From positions 29,750,213 to 29,814,212 of the forward strand of contig OZ234493.1 in NCBI GenBank assembly GCA_965153455.1: a DNA stretch of 64,000 bases, given 5' to 3'. Shown in pieces: positions 40,548 to 54,551 of the stretch. Each line of letters starts with the position of its first letter. The stretch's first letter is position 1. The DNA is from Sphagnum compactum (taxonomy: Eukaryota). A program made the translations under genes and the position numbers. The notes under the pieces were generated by a model. It saw nothing but the letters and a program-made list of their open reading frames with translations. It searched no databases and was not told the origin of the DNA.

Positions 40548-43500
40548 CTAGATGTCCCTTGCCTCTGACTGTTCTTCCAAGAGAGCTCCAGAATGATTAA
40601 ACCCACAAGACACATGAAGAGCTTTCAGTGATCCCTTCAACTGAACCGGCATTGGTTCTAAATAGTCAAACTCATCTCCAAGTCCCTATCATCCCAACCA
40701 TCATGCACACAAAAATTTAGAATTATCAATACATCATTTTTGTTGTATTATATCACCACTGCCAAGACCTCATCACAATATCAACAATTCTCTAATTTCA
40801 GAGAGATGCAGGCTCACTCACCAATTGACCTCCAGAGGAATAACCATCAGCAGAGTGGGTCCCTTGAGAGCCACCCCAACCCCAGGTGAAAATGCTTCCA
40901 TCCTCTGAGCAACAGACCACTCTTGGATAATAAGAATTGCCATTTAGCTGCTGCTTAACCTGCCTGGAATGGCTTCTATGTCGTCATTGAGGCAAAATCC
41001 ATTCAAAATAAACTCAAAACTTATCATCCTTGAATAAAGATACTTGGTTTGATATGGCATCTTCTGGTAGTAGCAATTTCCCAGATTCCAATCAAGCTAC
41101 ATTTGTCAGAATCAGTTCATCAGGGTATGCTGTGGATATACAGTACTTTTCATTAGAATTTAATTTAAAATCTGCATTTGTGCATTGATCTGTGTGTCAA
41201 AATTACTGCCTTATATGCTTGCATTCTGGCTTGCCCAAGTACATCACAATCTGGCAGATTCTTTGGAAAATATCCCAGGTCAAAATCTATTGTCTAAACT
41301 CCAATTACAGGAGGGGAAAATGAGCCAAAGCACTACCTGTAAGTGCCACAGTGTGCTTCCACCCACATGAAACCTGGAATGTAGAAAATTAAAAACAGAG
41401 GTTAGAACACAGCACAACATAAGCAGCATACAAAGAAAAAAGACCACCAAAGTTCTGCTTTGCGCATTCATCCCTGAACCCCTATCCCCAACTCAAAGAG
41501 GTTGTGACAACTATACTGGACTGGTTGTAAATTGCTGAACTGGAAATTCACCTCTTTCAAAATAAGAGATTCCAAGCCACCACCCACATGACTTGGTAAC
41601 AAAGATGAATTTTGGTGGTTGTACCTGCATCAGAATCATTCCATATGTTAGCAAAAGGTGGAATAAACAGAATATGATACTTCACCACAGTGATACATGT
41701 GTCACCATCTGCATGCTCCATCCATTTAGGTTGAGTTCTTACCAAAATAATACCTAACTAAGTTCTGACAGTCACACATAAAGCATAGGATCATCAGAGC
41801 ATAGCAAGAGACATGTCACTCTTTCAAAATCATACACAGGATATCAACTAGATCTAGGGTCTGGCATCTGCAACCAAAAAACCTTCAAACCTGTTATATC
41901 TCATCTGAGATAACCTGAGGAGAGTTAATAAAGCAGTTACAGATATTTAACGCACCCAAAACCAAGGCAGCCATACTCATTGGATCCCCACATGTACAGC
42001 TGGCCATTTCCTGAAAGCTCACACAGAAGAAATTACACAGTGTCAAATCAAAACAACAAGCATGAGAACAATCCACCTGGAATGCTGAACCCCTTGCTCT
42101 AGTCTTAAGAACAACTTCAAACCAAGCAGGCAGGTCTGGAATCCAAAGCTAAGATTTATCTGTCTTTTGACTCTGTATCTTTACTGCTTTGAATGCTTTA
42201 GGTTTAGATTCAAAACTACCATATAGAGATTCAAGGTAAAGGTCCAAAAATTCCAGAAAACATAGAATAGTGGAAGAGACATACGGGAGATGGCTCCTGT
42301 ATGGTAACCACCACATGCTAACTCCACAACAGGTGGAAGTTCAGGCACCTGTCTTGGTTCTGTAGCATCCCTATCATTACCCACTCCCTGGAAAACTTTG
42401 AACATATTAGGCATTGATTCACTCCAGACTAAATAAACCACTACAGAAGATATGTAGTGAAACATACCAGCTGACATTCTCGGCCTTTTCCAAATGTATA
42501 TAGTACACCCTGCTCTGCAGTAATCCCACAATGTAATTAGACTCAATCCTGACTCCCTAAGATGGCATTATCTTAGCTGCTATCTCCTGAGCAGAGCAAG
42601 ATTCATGCAACTGTAACAGAGATCAGAAGAAGAGGGTACACCATCGAGGCAGGCGGAATGCATGAGCCCTGCAGCAATTTTCTGCACCTTGACATTTTGG
42701 AGATGCTGCACCAATCGTGGAGTATATTCACTGCCACGCAGATTGAAACCCACCAAGTTCATCAATACATTTCAGTGCCCTTGCACTGACCTGTCAAGTA
42801 CAAACTCTGTCAAGTAACCAAGCTCAAACATACATGGACCAATCAAGGTGGAAGAACCTGCAGAAACCAAGACGAGAAATGCAGAGGATTCTTGGGCAAC
42901 CTCATTGTGCGAAATATGCTGAACATGGAGGGATTATATCCATGTCCATGTCCAAGGCGCCCATGCAAGCTTGCTCCCCAGCTGAGAACCTGACCCTCCT
43001 CTTGCAAGTAACATACAGGCCAAACACACCATGCCAACAATTCATAAGTCGATCATACAGTCTTGATTTGCCAGAGCCCCAGTGAGCTTAACAGGTTCTT
43101 CGGTGGTACCAGAGAGAGCTAATGAGTGCTCAGAGCCAAGGGCCATCATCTTGATGACTAAGTCCTTCAGTCCCTCCAGCCTTTGTGCCATCCATACCTT
43201 TGTCTGTGCCCCTACCATCACATTCCATTCTGTCATCTGCTTAACAGACTCTGTTGTGGTGTCTTGTACAATTTCAGTCATGAATGTAAGAAGCACATAA
43301 CTGGATACCATCCTCTTTGCTTGTCTATTGAGATAGTGAACAATGCAGATGGATAATGTAAATCAACAGCTTGGTTGAAGTCTTACTTTTGCCAAGGCCA
43401 AGTTGACCTTGTGAATTTCTGCCCCACATATAGACGCTGCCATTCTCTGAGCAAAAATCACAGGTCCCCAATTTTCAGAACAGACAAGACCATGCCCTAG

Positions 43501-44441
43501 AGGAAGGCCAAATACAAGTTCTCTTTGCATAAAGAGCAACTTCTTGCTGAGCTTGATATTCAGACATGCTGAAAGGGTGGAGCAAGAACCAGAAACTGCT
43601 GCAGAATGGTAGGCACCAGCAGCAATGTGCACAAACCGTATGTTGCCTGGTAAACCCTCCACCTCAGTGAGTTCCTGCCCACATCTAGAAGCTCAGACTG
43701 TTGTGCTCCAACTGAACTAGTAGATTCAATTCCTAATCTTCCAAAAGGGAACCACCTCAACAAAGAAAAACAAGCAAAACAGCACAGTTGCAGCATTTGG
43801 AGGATACCTTTTGGGATGACAATCTAGACTTACCAAAGAGTGCCTTGTGGTCAGAGGCATGCCGGCCTGGCCCCAATCATTCAGGCCTGTTGCATATACT
43901 CGGCCTTCCTCTGCACTTAACAGCGCATTACCACAGGCTCAACTTCGTTCTCAGTCCGTCATAGCTTCTTAAAAATCAAGATGGAAACCGCATGATGATC
44001 CACAGCAGTGCCAAATCAAAATGTAATTGTGTATTTAACTTTTCTGCAAATGCAGAGATAGGAACGCAATTCTGCACTCTTGGAACTTGCGTCATCCAGA
44101 GGAAAAAAACAAAACTCTCAGAGCCAAAGCATTGAACACACGAGGAAGAGATAGAGAGGGAGAGAGAGACCTGTGAGAACAAGGGTGTGGGCACCTCCAC
44201 AAGCGACGGCTACGGGCTGGGTGTGTTGCAAGCTGGTGCAGAGAGTGGGCTCCCACACGGACTTCGATGAAGCCAGGCCCAGACGGCCATAATCGCCATT
44301 CCCCCACAGTGCAACCCATCTCTGTCTACTCTCCCTCCTTGTTGCCATCCCTCTCCTCTTCTTTCCCCATAGCTCCGTCGCCCAATCCTTAACCCAAGAC
44401 TTTTGTCGCAGAATACTTGAACACTTCCTCTGCATCATCAT
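40548..44441 (-). CDS. RCC1-repeat protein, RUG1/RUG2-like (RCC1/UVR8/GEF-like), 439 aa, with a basic N-terminal organellar-presequence-like extension
   Basis: Fourteen GT-AG exons: 44441-44171, 43910-43834, 43674-43590, 43446-43387, 43211-43110, 43000-42901, 42730-42642, 42514-42468, 42387-42285, 42010-41956, 41624-41552, 41373-41337, 40904-40822, 40685-40548 (1320 nt, frame continuous). RCC1 blade motifs: WGNGDYGRLG, VACGGAHT, IAAGAYHS, ALGSEHS, IAAGLMHS, LACGGYHT, VSCGWKHT, VSCGFNHS. The RUG1/2 subfamily is assigned from recalled similarity. Confidence 0.93.
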
Positions 44442-46059
44442 CCTCTCCTGTAACACTCCAAACTCTTTACCAGAACTGCTACGCAATTCACTATGAATCC
44501 AGTTTTCTTCACTTCTGGATCACGAAAGATCTTTCACTCTTTCACAGTTTTTCAATCATGTTATGAAAACTGACCGAATGATGAGCAATCTAAAGCCTTT
44601 GCCACACCAGATTTTCCAAGGTACAGTATGTGCCACGGTCACATGAACGCAGCAAACCTCCACAACACGTCATCAACCCTAATTCCTCAGCCTGGAGCTG
44701 AAAAGGAATCACATTGTCAACCGGCCGAAGAGTGTGAAGAAGTACTTATCGACGCAGTGTCGATACAGAAGGACCAATTTTCAAACCGTGCTGCCAAATT
44801 CAATTGCTCGGTCGAAATCTCTCATTTGTGCACTCAAAGCAGATGAGGAGCTGAGGTTCATCGAGCTGTTAAGTACGGTGCGTGTCCATTGACGCTTGCT
44901 TACTCACGAAGCACGGAATCGTTTCAACGGCGACTAGAGTTTGTGGGTGGAAACACGCTCTCCTAACTGGATCTGTCCATTCAAAGATCGTCGCGCAGTC
45001 GCGAATTGCTCATTCCTCATGCAATTGTGAAGCTTTTGTATATTCTTCAACAACATTAGAAGATCTTCCCATTCGAAAGTAGCAAGATTTTCATTACTTG
45101 ACACGAGATTAACATACATCAAGACATGGTTTTTTTTAACGAACCCAAATGTTGAGATTTTGGATTTATATAATTTGTAATCATATTGTTAAAGTCAAAA
45201 AAAACTTTAATTATGATTGGAGTTTCATGTTTTAAAATTTTAAATAATATATCATTTAATAGGTCATTAAGTTTTAAAAGTGTAGTTGTTTTGAAACACA
45301 AATGTATGTGAATGTGAATCATGCATATTTAATTAATGAAATGTACAAAAAGGAAAATTGGAATTTTTCAATTTTTGATATGATACATAGTGATTATAAG
45401 TTGAAAGGTGTGTGATTTATGGTTAGCATGTAATTGATTTAATAAAAATATTAAACCTTTGAGAAAAGGTAAAATTTTAAATCGAGTTAAACTTTGAACA
45501 TTTTTCAATTACATAAAAACAATAACAAAAATTAAATTAACATTGTTGTGATTAATTTGTACATATAGTTTTTAAAGTCTTTGTATTTTAATTTGCACCC
45601 GATTTGTAAGCATTAGTGTATTGAGCATGAATTGGATCATTGTTTTTCTTTGTCGAGTCATCTTCTTTGTTTATTTTTTCTTGTAAAGCTTCTATAGTAA
45701 TAAATCATTCATCTTCATATGCATTTAATTCAATGAATGACACACATTGAAGGAATGTTGCAACCTTTTTAACATATTCATGGGATATAGAAAAGACGCA
45801 TGATTATTGTAGTACAAGGGTAATTTCAACACATGTTTGTTAAATAATTGATAAAATTTGAAAGTTTCATGTTAAAAATAAAATAGTCATGAATATTCGC
45901 AAAGACTATGTGCATTTTCTTTCACAAAATTTTGTTCTTTGAAAAAAATATTTTTGAAAACAAAACATTTTTACAAATAATATAATTATTGTCAAAATTC
46001 AATTACTATGGTAATAAGTAAATTTTTGAATATATAAATAACTAGATATATTTGGATAA

Positions 46060-48030
46060 GTGCATGTTCTTAGTGTGATTTGGGGTCATCATTGGATAAT
46101 TTGCATCCAAAGAGGGCAAATTACTAGATCCAAATTATTTTGTGACAATAATCAATATGCCACCACCAAAAACCCAAAAGGACATATTGGTTTTCAATGG
46201 CATGGCCCAATTTTAGCATTGATTCGTTTGTGATTTTGCCTTTATCATGGCTCCAATCACCAAACTATAAGGAGATTTGAGGTTTTTGATTAAACCCCAA
46301 AATGTCAAGTGGCATGGGAAATCATCAAACAACAATATTTGGATGCTTTGATTTTGGTTGCTCTTAGGTGGGATTTGGAATTTCTTGTCCACATAGATGT
46401 TTCCAACTTGGTAGTTCGAACTATGTTGGCCTAGAAACCTTATTAGAAAATGTGATTAATCGATTGCCTATGCATCTTGTCTTCTCAACAACACAGAGAA
46501 AAATTACACTACTACTAAAAGGGAAGCCTTGGCCATGGCTTTATGCTTTGCAAAAATTTAGGCATTATTTATTGGGTAACAAGTTTGTCTTTTATATAGA
46601 TCATATTGCATTTTTATATTTGATCAAGAAACCATAATTCTCTAGGAGAATAGCCAGATGGTTGTGGTTTTTTTGGAATATGATTTTTCAGTAGTTTACA
46701 AACCAAGCCATTCTCATTCTATTGCAGATGTTTTATCTCAGCTATCAAATGCCATTGAAAATTTAAGAGTCCCAAACCAAATTGTCGATGTAATTTTTTT
46801 ATTCGTGCTACAATTAATTTGGCTACTAAAAATCTAAGATTACTTTCCCATTGAAATTTTTTTGTTAACATATTTTCAAGAACAATTTTTTTTTTGGGTG
46901 TTAAAGGCATTGCCTTTTTCCTTAATTCAAGGCCAGTTGTACAATTGCGACATGATCAAGAACTATGCTAAGACCAAATTTTGATTATGTTACAAAAAAA
47001 TGCATCAAGGAGTGGAAGGGGGACATTTCTCTACACATTACTCCCAAGAAAATCTCAAATGTTAAATATTGGTGGCCTACCTATTTGAATGCTTTGCAAC
47101 ATTATTAGTCTTGTGATGATTGTCAACATATTGAAAATTTAACCACCACCAACTTGGCCACACTAGTCATTATTTAGTCGATTTAACCAAGTTTCATGAA
47201 GTGGGGCTTGGACTTCATTAGGCCTAGCAAAGCTATTAACAAGACTACCAAAAATAAATACATTTTGGTTGTTACCAAATGGGTGGAAACCAAAACATTT
47301 AGAACAAATATAATAATAATCACAACATAATTCATTTATGAATTCATTTTGACAAGGTTTAGTTATCCATTCATTTTTGTTAATGATTAAAGCACACATT
47401 TCATCAATGATGCCATTGTGATCTTGACCATTCATTTTCTATTATAACACACTAATTCCGCCACTTATTATGCACATGGTAATGGTTAAGTGAATTCCAT
47501 TAACAAAGTAATTGGACTATTGTTGACCAAATTGGTGAATGAAAACAAGACAAATTGAGATGCACATTTACATATCATTTGTTATGCTTACAAAACAACC
47601 TTCAAGATGCCACATGGCATACCCCATTTCAGTTGGTGTATGGGCTTCATCCCTTAATGCCTACATAATATTTGTTGCCCATCACCAACTCCCAAGGATT
47701 TTTCACTAATTAAAATATTAGCCAATAGATTGTTAAAATTGGAGAAATTAAAGGAATCTAGATAGGAAGCAACTCAAACTAGACGGAAAAGACAATGGAA
47801 TCATGATCTTTGGGCACAAAACCAAATCCTTTCCATGGGGGCTTGTGTTATGGTTTCCTAAAACTAGAAAAGAACACACCTGAAAATTCAAGAATTTAGG
47901 TGGTTTGGCCCATACCAAATTCAATATTGCTTGTCAAACAACATTGCTTTGTTGCTCACCATGGACTTGAGTTTGACCCCAATCCCATCCTTGTCAATGT
48001 CAACAAATTGAAACCCTATAGATTCAATTA
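46060..48030 (+). mobile_element. Decayed Ty3/gypsy pol remnant (end of RT, RNase H, integrase)
   Basis: LYALQKFRHYLLGNKFVFYIDHIAFLYLIKKP (RNase H). MHQGVEGGHF, YWWP and CDDCQ (integrase zinc finger). [30 protein letters not shown] and NVNKLKPY (integrase core and C-terminus). Confidence 0.88.
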
Positions 48031-49780
48031 GGATGTAATTTTTAAATGAATGAAAGTTCAAACACAAGGGAGAAAAATGAAAAAAATGGGTCATAATAGG
48101 GAAACACTACAAAAAATTTCTTCTAAAGGAAACCTTATTGAAATTTCTCCAAGGGAAAACCCTATCAACATTTCTTGACAAGGCAATATTATCAAAAATT
48201 CATTACAAGAAATATTATAAAAATTTGACTAGAGCACTTGACTAAGATTGGCACAAAACCAAAATTGGCTACAAACCATAAAACATTGGAATCATTTATT
48301 GATTATGGAACACCAAAATTACCTACCAATTTTAGGACAGTTGAATCACCTCTCAATTCTGGTACATTATAATCAATTAGAAATATTGAAAAATCAAAAT
48401 CACCTATCATTTTCCAAAAATTGGAGAATAATCACCATTTTGATAGGTTTTCCACATTATAATTGGATATGGTTTTAATCCAAAACTTGGAAATTTTTCA
48501 TCCATCATAGATTGTCATCTTGTCATCCAATTTTCAACCCCAATGTGTTTGTTTGTTGAAGTGACATATGATGAATCATCACAATAGTCACCAAATTTTA
48601 GAATGGATATCCAAGAAACAATGCAACGTTTTGGCATGACATTTTTCTTTTTACTTAATCCACATTCACCGTTCACTTTTAGCTAACAACCTATAAAAGG
48701 AGGACCCAATCTCAAAATGAAGGGTAATATCAGCAAGGCAAAGGTTGAGATATTAATTAAAACACAGGTAGAGAGAAAAAGGGTAGAGGGCAATGGAAGA
48801 ACCAAAAGGAATGGAACAAAGGAGGATTAGAAAAAAATTGAAAAGAAGAAAACAATTGAAAAACAATGGAGTTATCTGACAACATGTTTAAAAGGGAATT
48901 GAGGGTGGCAGAGGATATATGGAACTTTGAGGTTAGAGAAGGAGAATCACTTTTAAAACCATAAATAGAAAATGAGGATTTGAGGCAATCTATTGAAAAT
49001 ATGGATGACTTCCAATATAATATTTAGGATTTGACAACCAACCTTGTTATCAATCAAGCACAATTGGATGCCATTGGAGATGAGATGAAGGAAAGTAGAG
49101 GCAACAAAGTTGTATCACCATTACATGGTAAATTTTGAGGTTCTAAAAATTGAATGCACCTTTATGAAGGCATAATTGCTGATTTATTAATAGATGGTGA
49201 AGGAGAACATCTAGTTAAACAATGAGAGCTTTATAAAGGGGACATCATCGAAATACTTAATGATGTTTTCATTAGTTACCATAAAGATGAAAAGCTGCAC
49301 AAAATTTGCTTGGGGGTTTACCAAAGGGTTTCCCTAACTATGTTTTACTTGTTTTCTATTATAATGTTTCACTTGTGTGAACTCTAACCCACACATTGTC
49401 AATATCTAGTAACAAATTAGAAGATGAAGAAAACACTAGAACCAACATGGAGGTGGAATTGGGTGCTGTGAAAATAGTTACCAAAGGTATTAAACTACCT
49501 TTGATAACATTGATGCAACTACCAAAATCAAGCAAAACGTTATGGACTTGAGCTTTGGCATCATTGTAATTACCTTTGATGTTGCATACCCCATTAGACC
49601 TTTTCCCATCAATATTACAAAATGCATGGGTGTAGTTCATTGGTCTTGGTTTAGTGGATTGGTGAATTCATTGCATTCTAACTAGGTCTCATTTATTAAA
49701 ACCAATGAACTCACTCAAAATCTAATGAAATCATTTGGCTTATAGGGACACATTTTGTTGTAGTGCATGGTAGAATAATT

Positions 49781-50306
49781 TGTCGTGACGTATGGTGTCA
49801 TAAGGGTGTAAATCCATAGTTACTCTACTAAACAAAAATATAAAAGTTAATCAAAGGTAGAAACTAATCAACCAAAAAGAGATGCACACACATATACATA
49901 TAATGCACAAGAGGAGGCTGAGATGAAATTCTCATGTATATTAAATTGCAAAGAAGGGAAAAAAAAGTGTATGTAAACGATGGCCGTGTAATGGTCGTTG
50001 TGAGCATTTAGAAATCCAATCTACTATGGAAAAAATTCTCCCTGACCAAGGAATTCTAGAAAAACTAACAAGAGAAGGAAAGGGTTTGGCCTTTTATACA
50101 TCCGCCAACAAGTTGAAACCCTAAACACTTAATAGCGTACAATAACCTAAGAACGTACACTAACCCCTAAGAGCGTACATTAACCCTAAAAGGCATGAAT
50201 GGCATGCCCGTAACTGGCCCGTAACATGGCATGTATGAGGCCATGCATACGGGCATGACAAGTTATTGTTTTCAGTAAAATAATTGAAATTTCTCTTAGG
50301 ATAACA
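49781..50306 (-). mobile_element. Possible solo LTR of about 525 bp
   Basis: TGTCGTGA...GGATAACA ends, a minus-strand TATAAAAGG box near 50090-50098 and short TAACCCTAAGAGCGTACA repeats. The TSD is not convincing. Confidence 0.35.
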
Positions 50307-50324
50307 AATCCCAAGGATGTGATC

Positions 50325-51123
50325 TGACACGCCCCCAAGTTCCATGTTAGACCCGAAAAGGGTCCAACTATGTTAAAGAGCGGAAGTAGTTAGAACTTGG
50401 TGACGCTCCCAGTTTCCAACATTAAAGGGGGTGAGAGGGGCGTGCTGAAAGCTTCAGGATTAGATTAGGAAGAGGGACAACGTATTTAGTTACTCGGTCC
50501 TGCATCAAAACCAACCAACAAGTTGGTTAGATCACATTCAGAATCACTCTTAGTGTTGGGACAAGCCACGGGCAACACGGACTCACTTGACTCACCACGG
50601 CCCGGACTCGAGGGAAGCCACCACCTTCCCCCATATAGTATTCTCTACGTTTGCCCATGACACCTACATCCGAATGGCTTTTTGTCTTGGGACTCCCAAG
50701 GAGGAATCCCGAAATTGTCCCGATTTGGACTTCCGGGACTTTGGAAGCTCATAACTCCCAGCTCAGACCTCCGATTGGGATGAGGTTTGAAGAAAACTTG
50801 TAGCTCTCCTCAAGAGCTTTCCAACGGTGTGTTGCACTCCACCTGCACACACCAGGATCGGGTCGATTCCCAACTTTTAGTGGTCGGGAGTCAAACTCTT
50901 TCGACCATAACTTGTGCTGCAGATGTCTGAATGGCTCATGAGAGACCATTTTCGACATCTACACTTCAAGACCTTTCCAATGGTATAAAAAACACCTCAA
51001 TGCGAGGTGTTTTGACCCCTGCAATCACGCTCTGAATTTTTGGGAGTCCCGGAGGACTCCAAGTTCCCACTTTTGGGAGTGTGAGTTTCATCTTCACACT
51101 TGCCTCAAAGTGGGGTTGTGACA
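50325..51123 (-). mobile_element. Solo LTR (799 bp)
   Basis: Termini are TGACAC...GTGACA, with a perfect 5-bp TSD TGATC (50320-50324 and 51124-51128). It is GC-rich relative to its flanks, with GGGACTCCC/GGGAGTCCC motifs. Confidence 0.9.
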
Positions 51124-53866
51124 TGATCTCAGTTAGAAGGGAGGATAATGTAAAAGGTTAAAATTGACTTTTAATAGGTACTTTTGGACATAATTTGCAA
51201 TTATCAGAAATGTTCTTTTACAAAAAACCTTTTTTACCAAATTGTTTTTTACCAAACATATTCATGTATTGAATTTCTTTCTTGACTAAAAACCTAATGC
51301 CAAATTGAGTTTTTTTTTAGATTCAATAAATTAGTTATTTGACATAGGTTTCAAATTAAAATTTTAGAAATAAGATAAGATTTTATGCTAGTTTTAGAGA
51401 GATTTTGGGCTTTTTATTTAATTTTGGTGGGATCATCGTTTGTGACCGTTATCCTACTTTTGATCTATTTAGGACCATGGGGTTAATGTTGGAGGACATG
51501 GGGGCAAAGATTCATTATATGTTCATTTTTTTAATGTGAAATAATTTGCAAAGAAGACATTCTTGAAATCATCTTTTCCATTTGGAAATTCTCCAATTTT
51601 TCTTTTAAAATTCTATTTGTTTTTGGTCGAAGTTGTAATTTATTTTTGAAATGGAATTTTTCTTTGAAGTTGTATTTGTTTGACAACATTGAATGTTGAA
51701 TTTTCTTTAAGTTTGTTTCATATACTTTCATTTGAAAAGATGATAGTTTATTTGAATTGTCATTGTTTTTGACTATTTGTTACTTGGCATGTATTTCACC
51801 TTTGCTCCTATTTCCTTGATACACAAAAATTGAGATATTAATGGGTGGCCTTAACATGTGTATTTTTTTCAAATTACATTAACCCCTTCATTTCCAGATG
51901 GCACATCTTATTCATTATTTAATTCATTCAATTAATTTTTACAACATTAGAAGTGATTATAGGTGGAAGGTTACAAAAAAATTTGAACTTTAGAAACAAA
52001 GGAACAATGTTGGGTGGTTTTCCATAATTCTAGGTTATATTGGACAATTTTAGGTAAAAGTCACAAAACTTTAAGCTTGACCTAACCCATGCTTCAATAA
52101 TTGAATTAAAACCTTAACTTAGGATTTGCCTTTTTATAGGACTTGGGCCTGGAACCCTAGAACTAGCATTTCCAAGTTTTTAAAAGAATTGTCATTAATA
52201 ATTATTGACTTTTCCAAATAGGTTTTGGTTCTTAGGGTTTAAGTAATTGTAATTTTCCATCACCCCCAATTGTTTATGTTTTCTCCATTATTCTCATGGT
52301 TGGGCTCCACCTTTGTAGTGTTTTTCTCCTTTTAAGTTCCATTATTCATTGAATCTTTTTTTGTTTTTGTGGGCATTACATCATTTGGTTCTTTAGACTT
52401 TGTTATTGATCTAATTGTGAATTCAAAGTTAGGATAATTGTTTGATTTCACCTTCTGGTTCAATTTTTCTTCTTCTATTGTTGCATTGCTTGTTTTCTTT
52501 TCTCTTGTTGATTTGCTTTGTGAATTTGAAGCTTTTAGGATGATGGCATTGACAAGCTTTACATCATCCTTGCTCAATTTCTTCTTTGTTGTTGTTGTAT
52601 TGCTTGAGTGTTGTTTTGACTATTTTGTGAACTCAAAGTTAAGATAGTGGTTGGGTTTCACCTCCCTATTTACAACCCTAGCCTCTTGCATTATGTTTCT
52701 AGTATTGGTGTTCAACATTGTTGCATTTTCCTTTGTAGTTTTAGAGTTGGTTTTTGTAGGGTTCACATAAATTATATTTGGTTTAGATCCTTCTTTCATT
52801 AGGTTCTTCTCCATTGTAATCCCAAAACTAGAGTTCAATGATAGAATAACAATTCCCAACTCCTGCTATTATTGAGACATTTTACTATTTGCCTGCATTT
52901 AAAGATGATGGTTTGCATAATGATGATGATCTTTGAGAGTGGCATCCCCTTGTTGAAACATGGTGTGCATCAACTTCCAAACGCCAACAATATGAATTCA
53001 TTTTTATTATCAAATTCCATTCCTCCACCATAATTTGTGGTTGTTTTACAGTCTATTTTCGTATCAAAAAAATCTGAATGAAATTATCATTGCTTTTGGA
53101 ATTAACTCTTGCAAGGATTATAGATAAGAATAACATTTCCAATTGAAAAAACATGGAAGCACTTCCATAAATTGCTTCAACATTTTCCAATGATATTGCG
53201 TTCAATTGAACCTGTCCATATATTGATATTGGTGGTGTCATTGAACTTACACTAATTATTGCGTGACTAAAATTTGGAGGACATTGAATATGTAAGGCCT
53301 AAGAGCATCTTTAGCGGTTCATTGGAAAATGGCTTGCACGCCATGTTTTCACATCCAAATGTTGTATTAAAAGTACTTCCCTCCCCACCCATGAATGCTA
53401 CATACTAAAATTTTAACACTGAGGAATCATGTAAAGCTCACATGTGGGCCAATTAATGCGACCGGCCAATCAATAGCAGGAAGTGTGTGGGCAGTAAATG
53501 CAAACACCCAACTAGCAACAATCCTTTTTTTGTTTCTCATGTCTTTTAAAACCCTAGTATCCTACAACAAATTGGTGTACCCACACCCACTTTTACACCA
53601 CTTTGGTATATTGCTTCATTAAAAACTGGCATGCAAGCCATTTCCAGTGAACTGCTGGAGATGCTCTATGAGCAAATGTGAATGGTGTATATGCACAAAG
53701 GTGAAAGATGGCAACAACTGCATAGTGATGTTGAAGGAAGGAGAGCCATAGGGGTTGCACATTGTTGATGAGTTGATGCAATCAGAAGACACTCTCATCA
53801 AGTGTTAGGTTTGAATCATTGCCCATATACAAATGTATCCACTAGCTTGTTAAGATATATTTGAAA

Positions 53867-53996
53867 CCAATCCTTCTTTTTTGAGGATAGCACAACCAAG
53901 AGCATTCCTTTTTGAGGACAACACAACCAAGACCAATCCTTCTTTCTGGAGGATAGCATAATCAAGACCACTCCTTGAGGACAATGCAACCAAGGC
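53867..53996. repeat. Tandem repeat of about 27-35 bp, 4 copies
   Basis: The unit is approximately AATCCTT(CTTTTT)GAGGAYARCACAACCAAGACC. Confidence 0.75.
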
Positions 53997-54551
53997 TACA
54001 TCCAAAATGATTGTTCCTAGGAGAGTACTTTATCTTGTTGCCTTTTTGTTCAATTGGTCTTTTCACAAGCTTGATGTTTGAAACTTATGTAGTGAATTGC
54101 TCCCGTGTTTGTTTGAAATATGTTGAAGAATTTTGTTGGTGCGGAGTAGTGTGTATTCTACATATGTGAGTAGTGAGTAAGCATTAGGCACATAATTATT
54201 GCAAGTTAGACTTAGTTTGATGATTCTCAAATTAAAACAAATGAATTGCCTTCTAATTTTTACAATGAACAATTTTTTTTGTTTCGACAATCTGATTTTT
54301 AATTCCTAAACTTTAAGTGGTACCCTTGTCCAAAAAAAAAGAAAAAAAAGAAAAAAAAGCCTCGAATACTGGAGAACCCCATGTTGGAAAAACCCAACAT
54401 TAAAAAAACAGAGAACCGCCTAACACCGGATTCGACCTCCTCGGAGCCACTGAGTGTTCGGTGATAGGCGTAGTTACCCTACCCTTTGGATGCCTTCATT
54501 TGCAGAAGCACATAATTGTCTGTTTGGGACAGATTTTGGACACCGAAAGGA

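Noticed and set aside
40548-44441. Calling the RCC1 protein the UV-B receptor UVR8
   Set aside because: It lacks the three GWRHT motifs (only one GWKHT) and the C-terminal VP peptide, and it has a presequence-like N-terminus.
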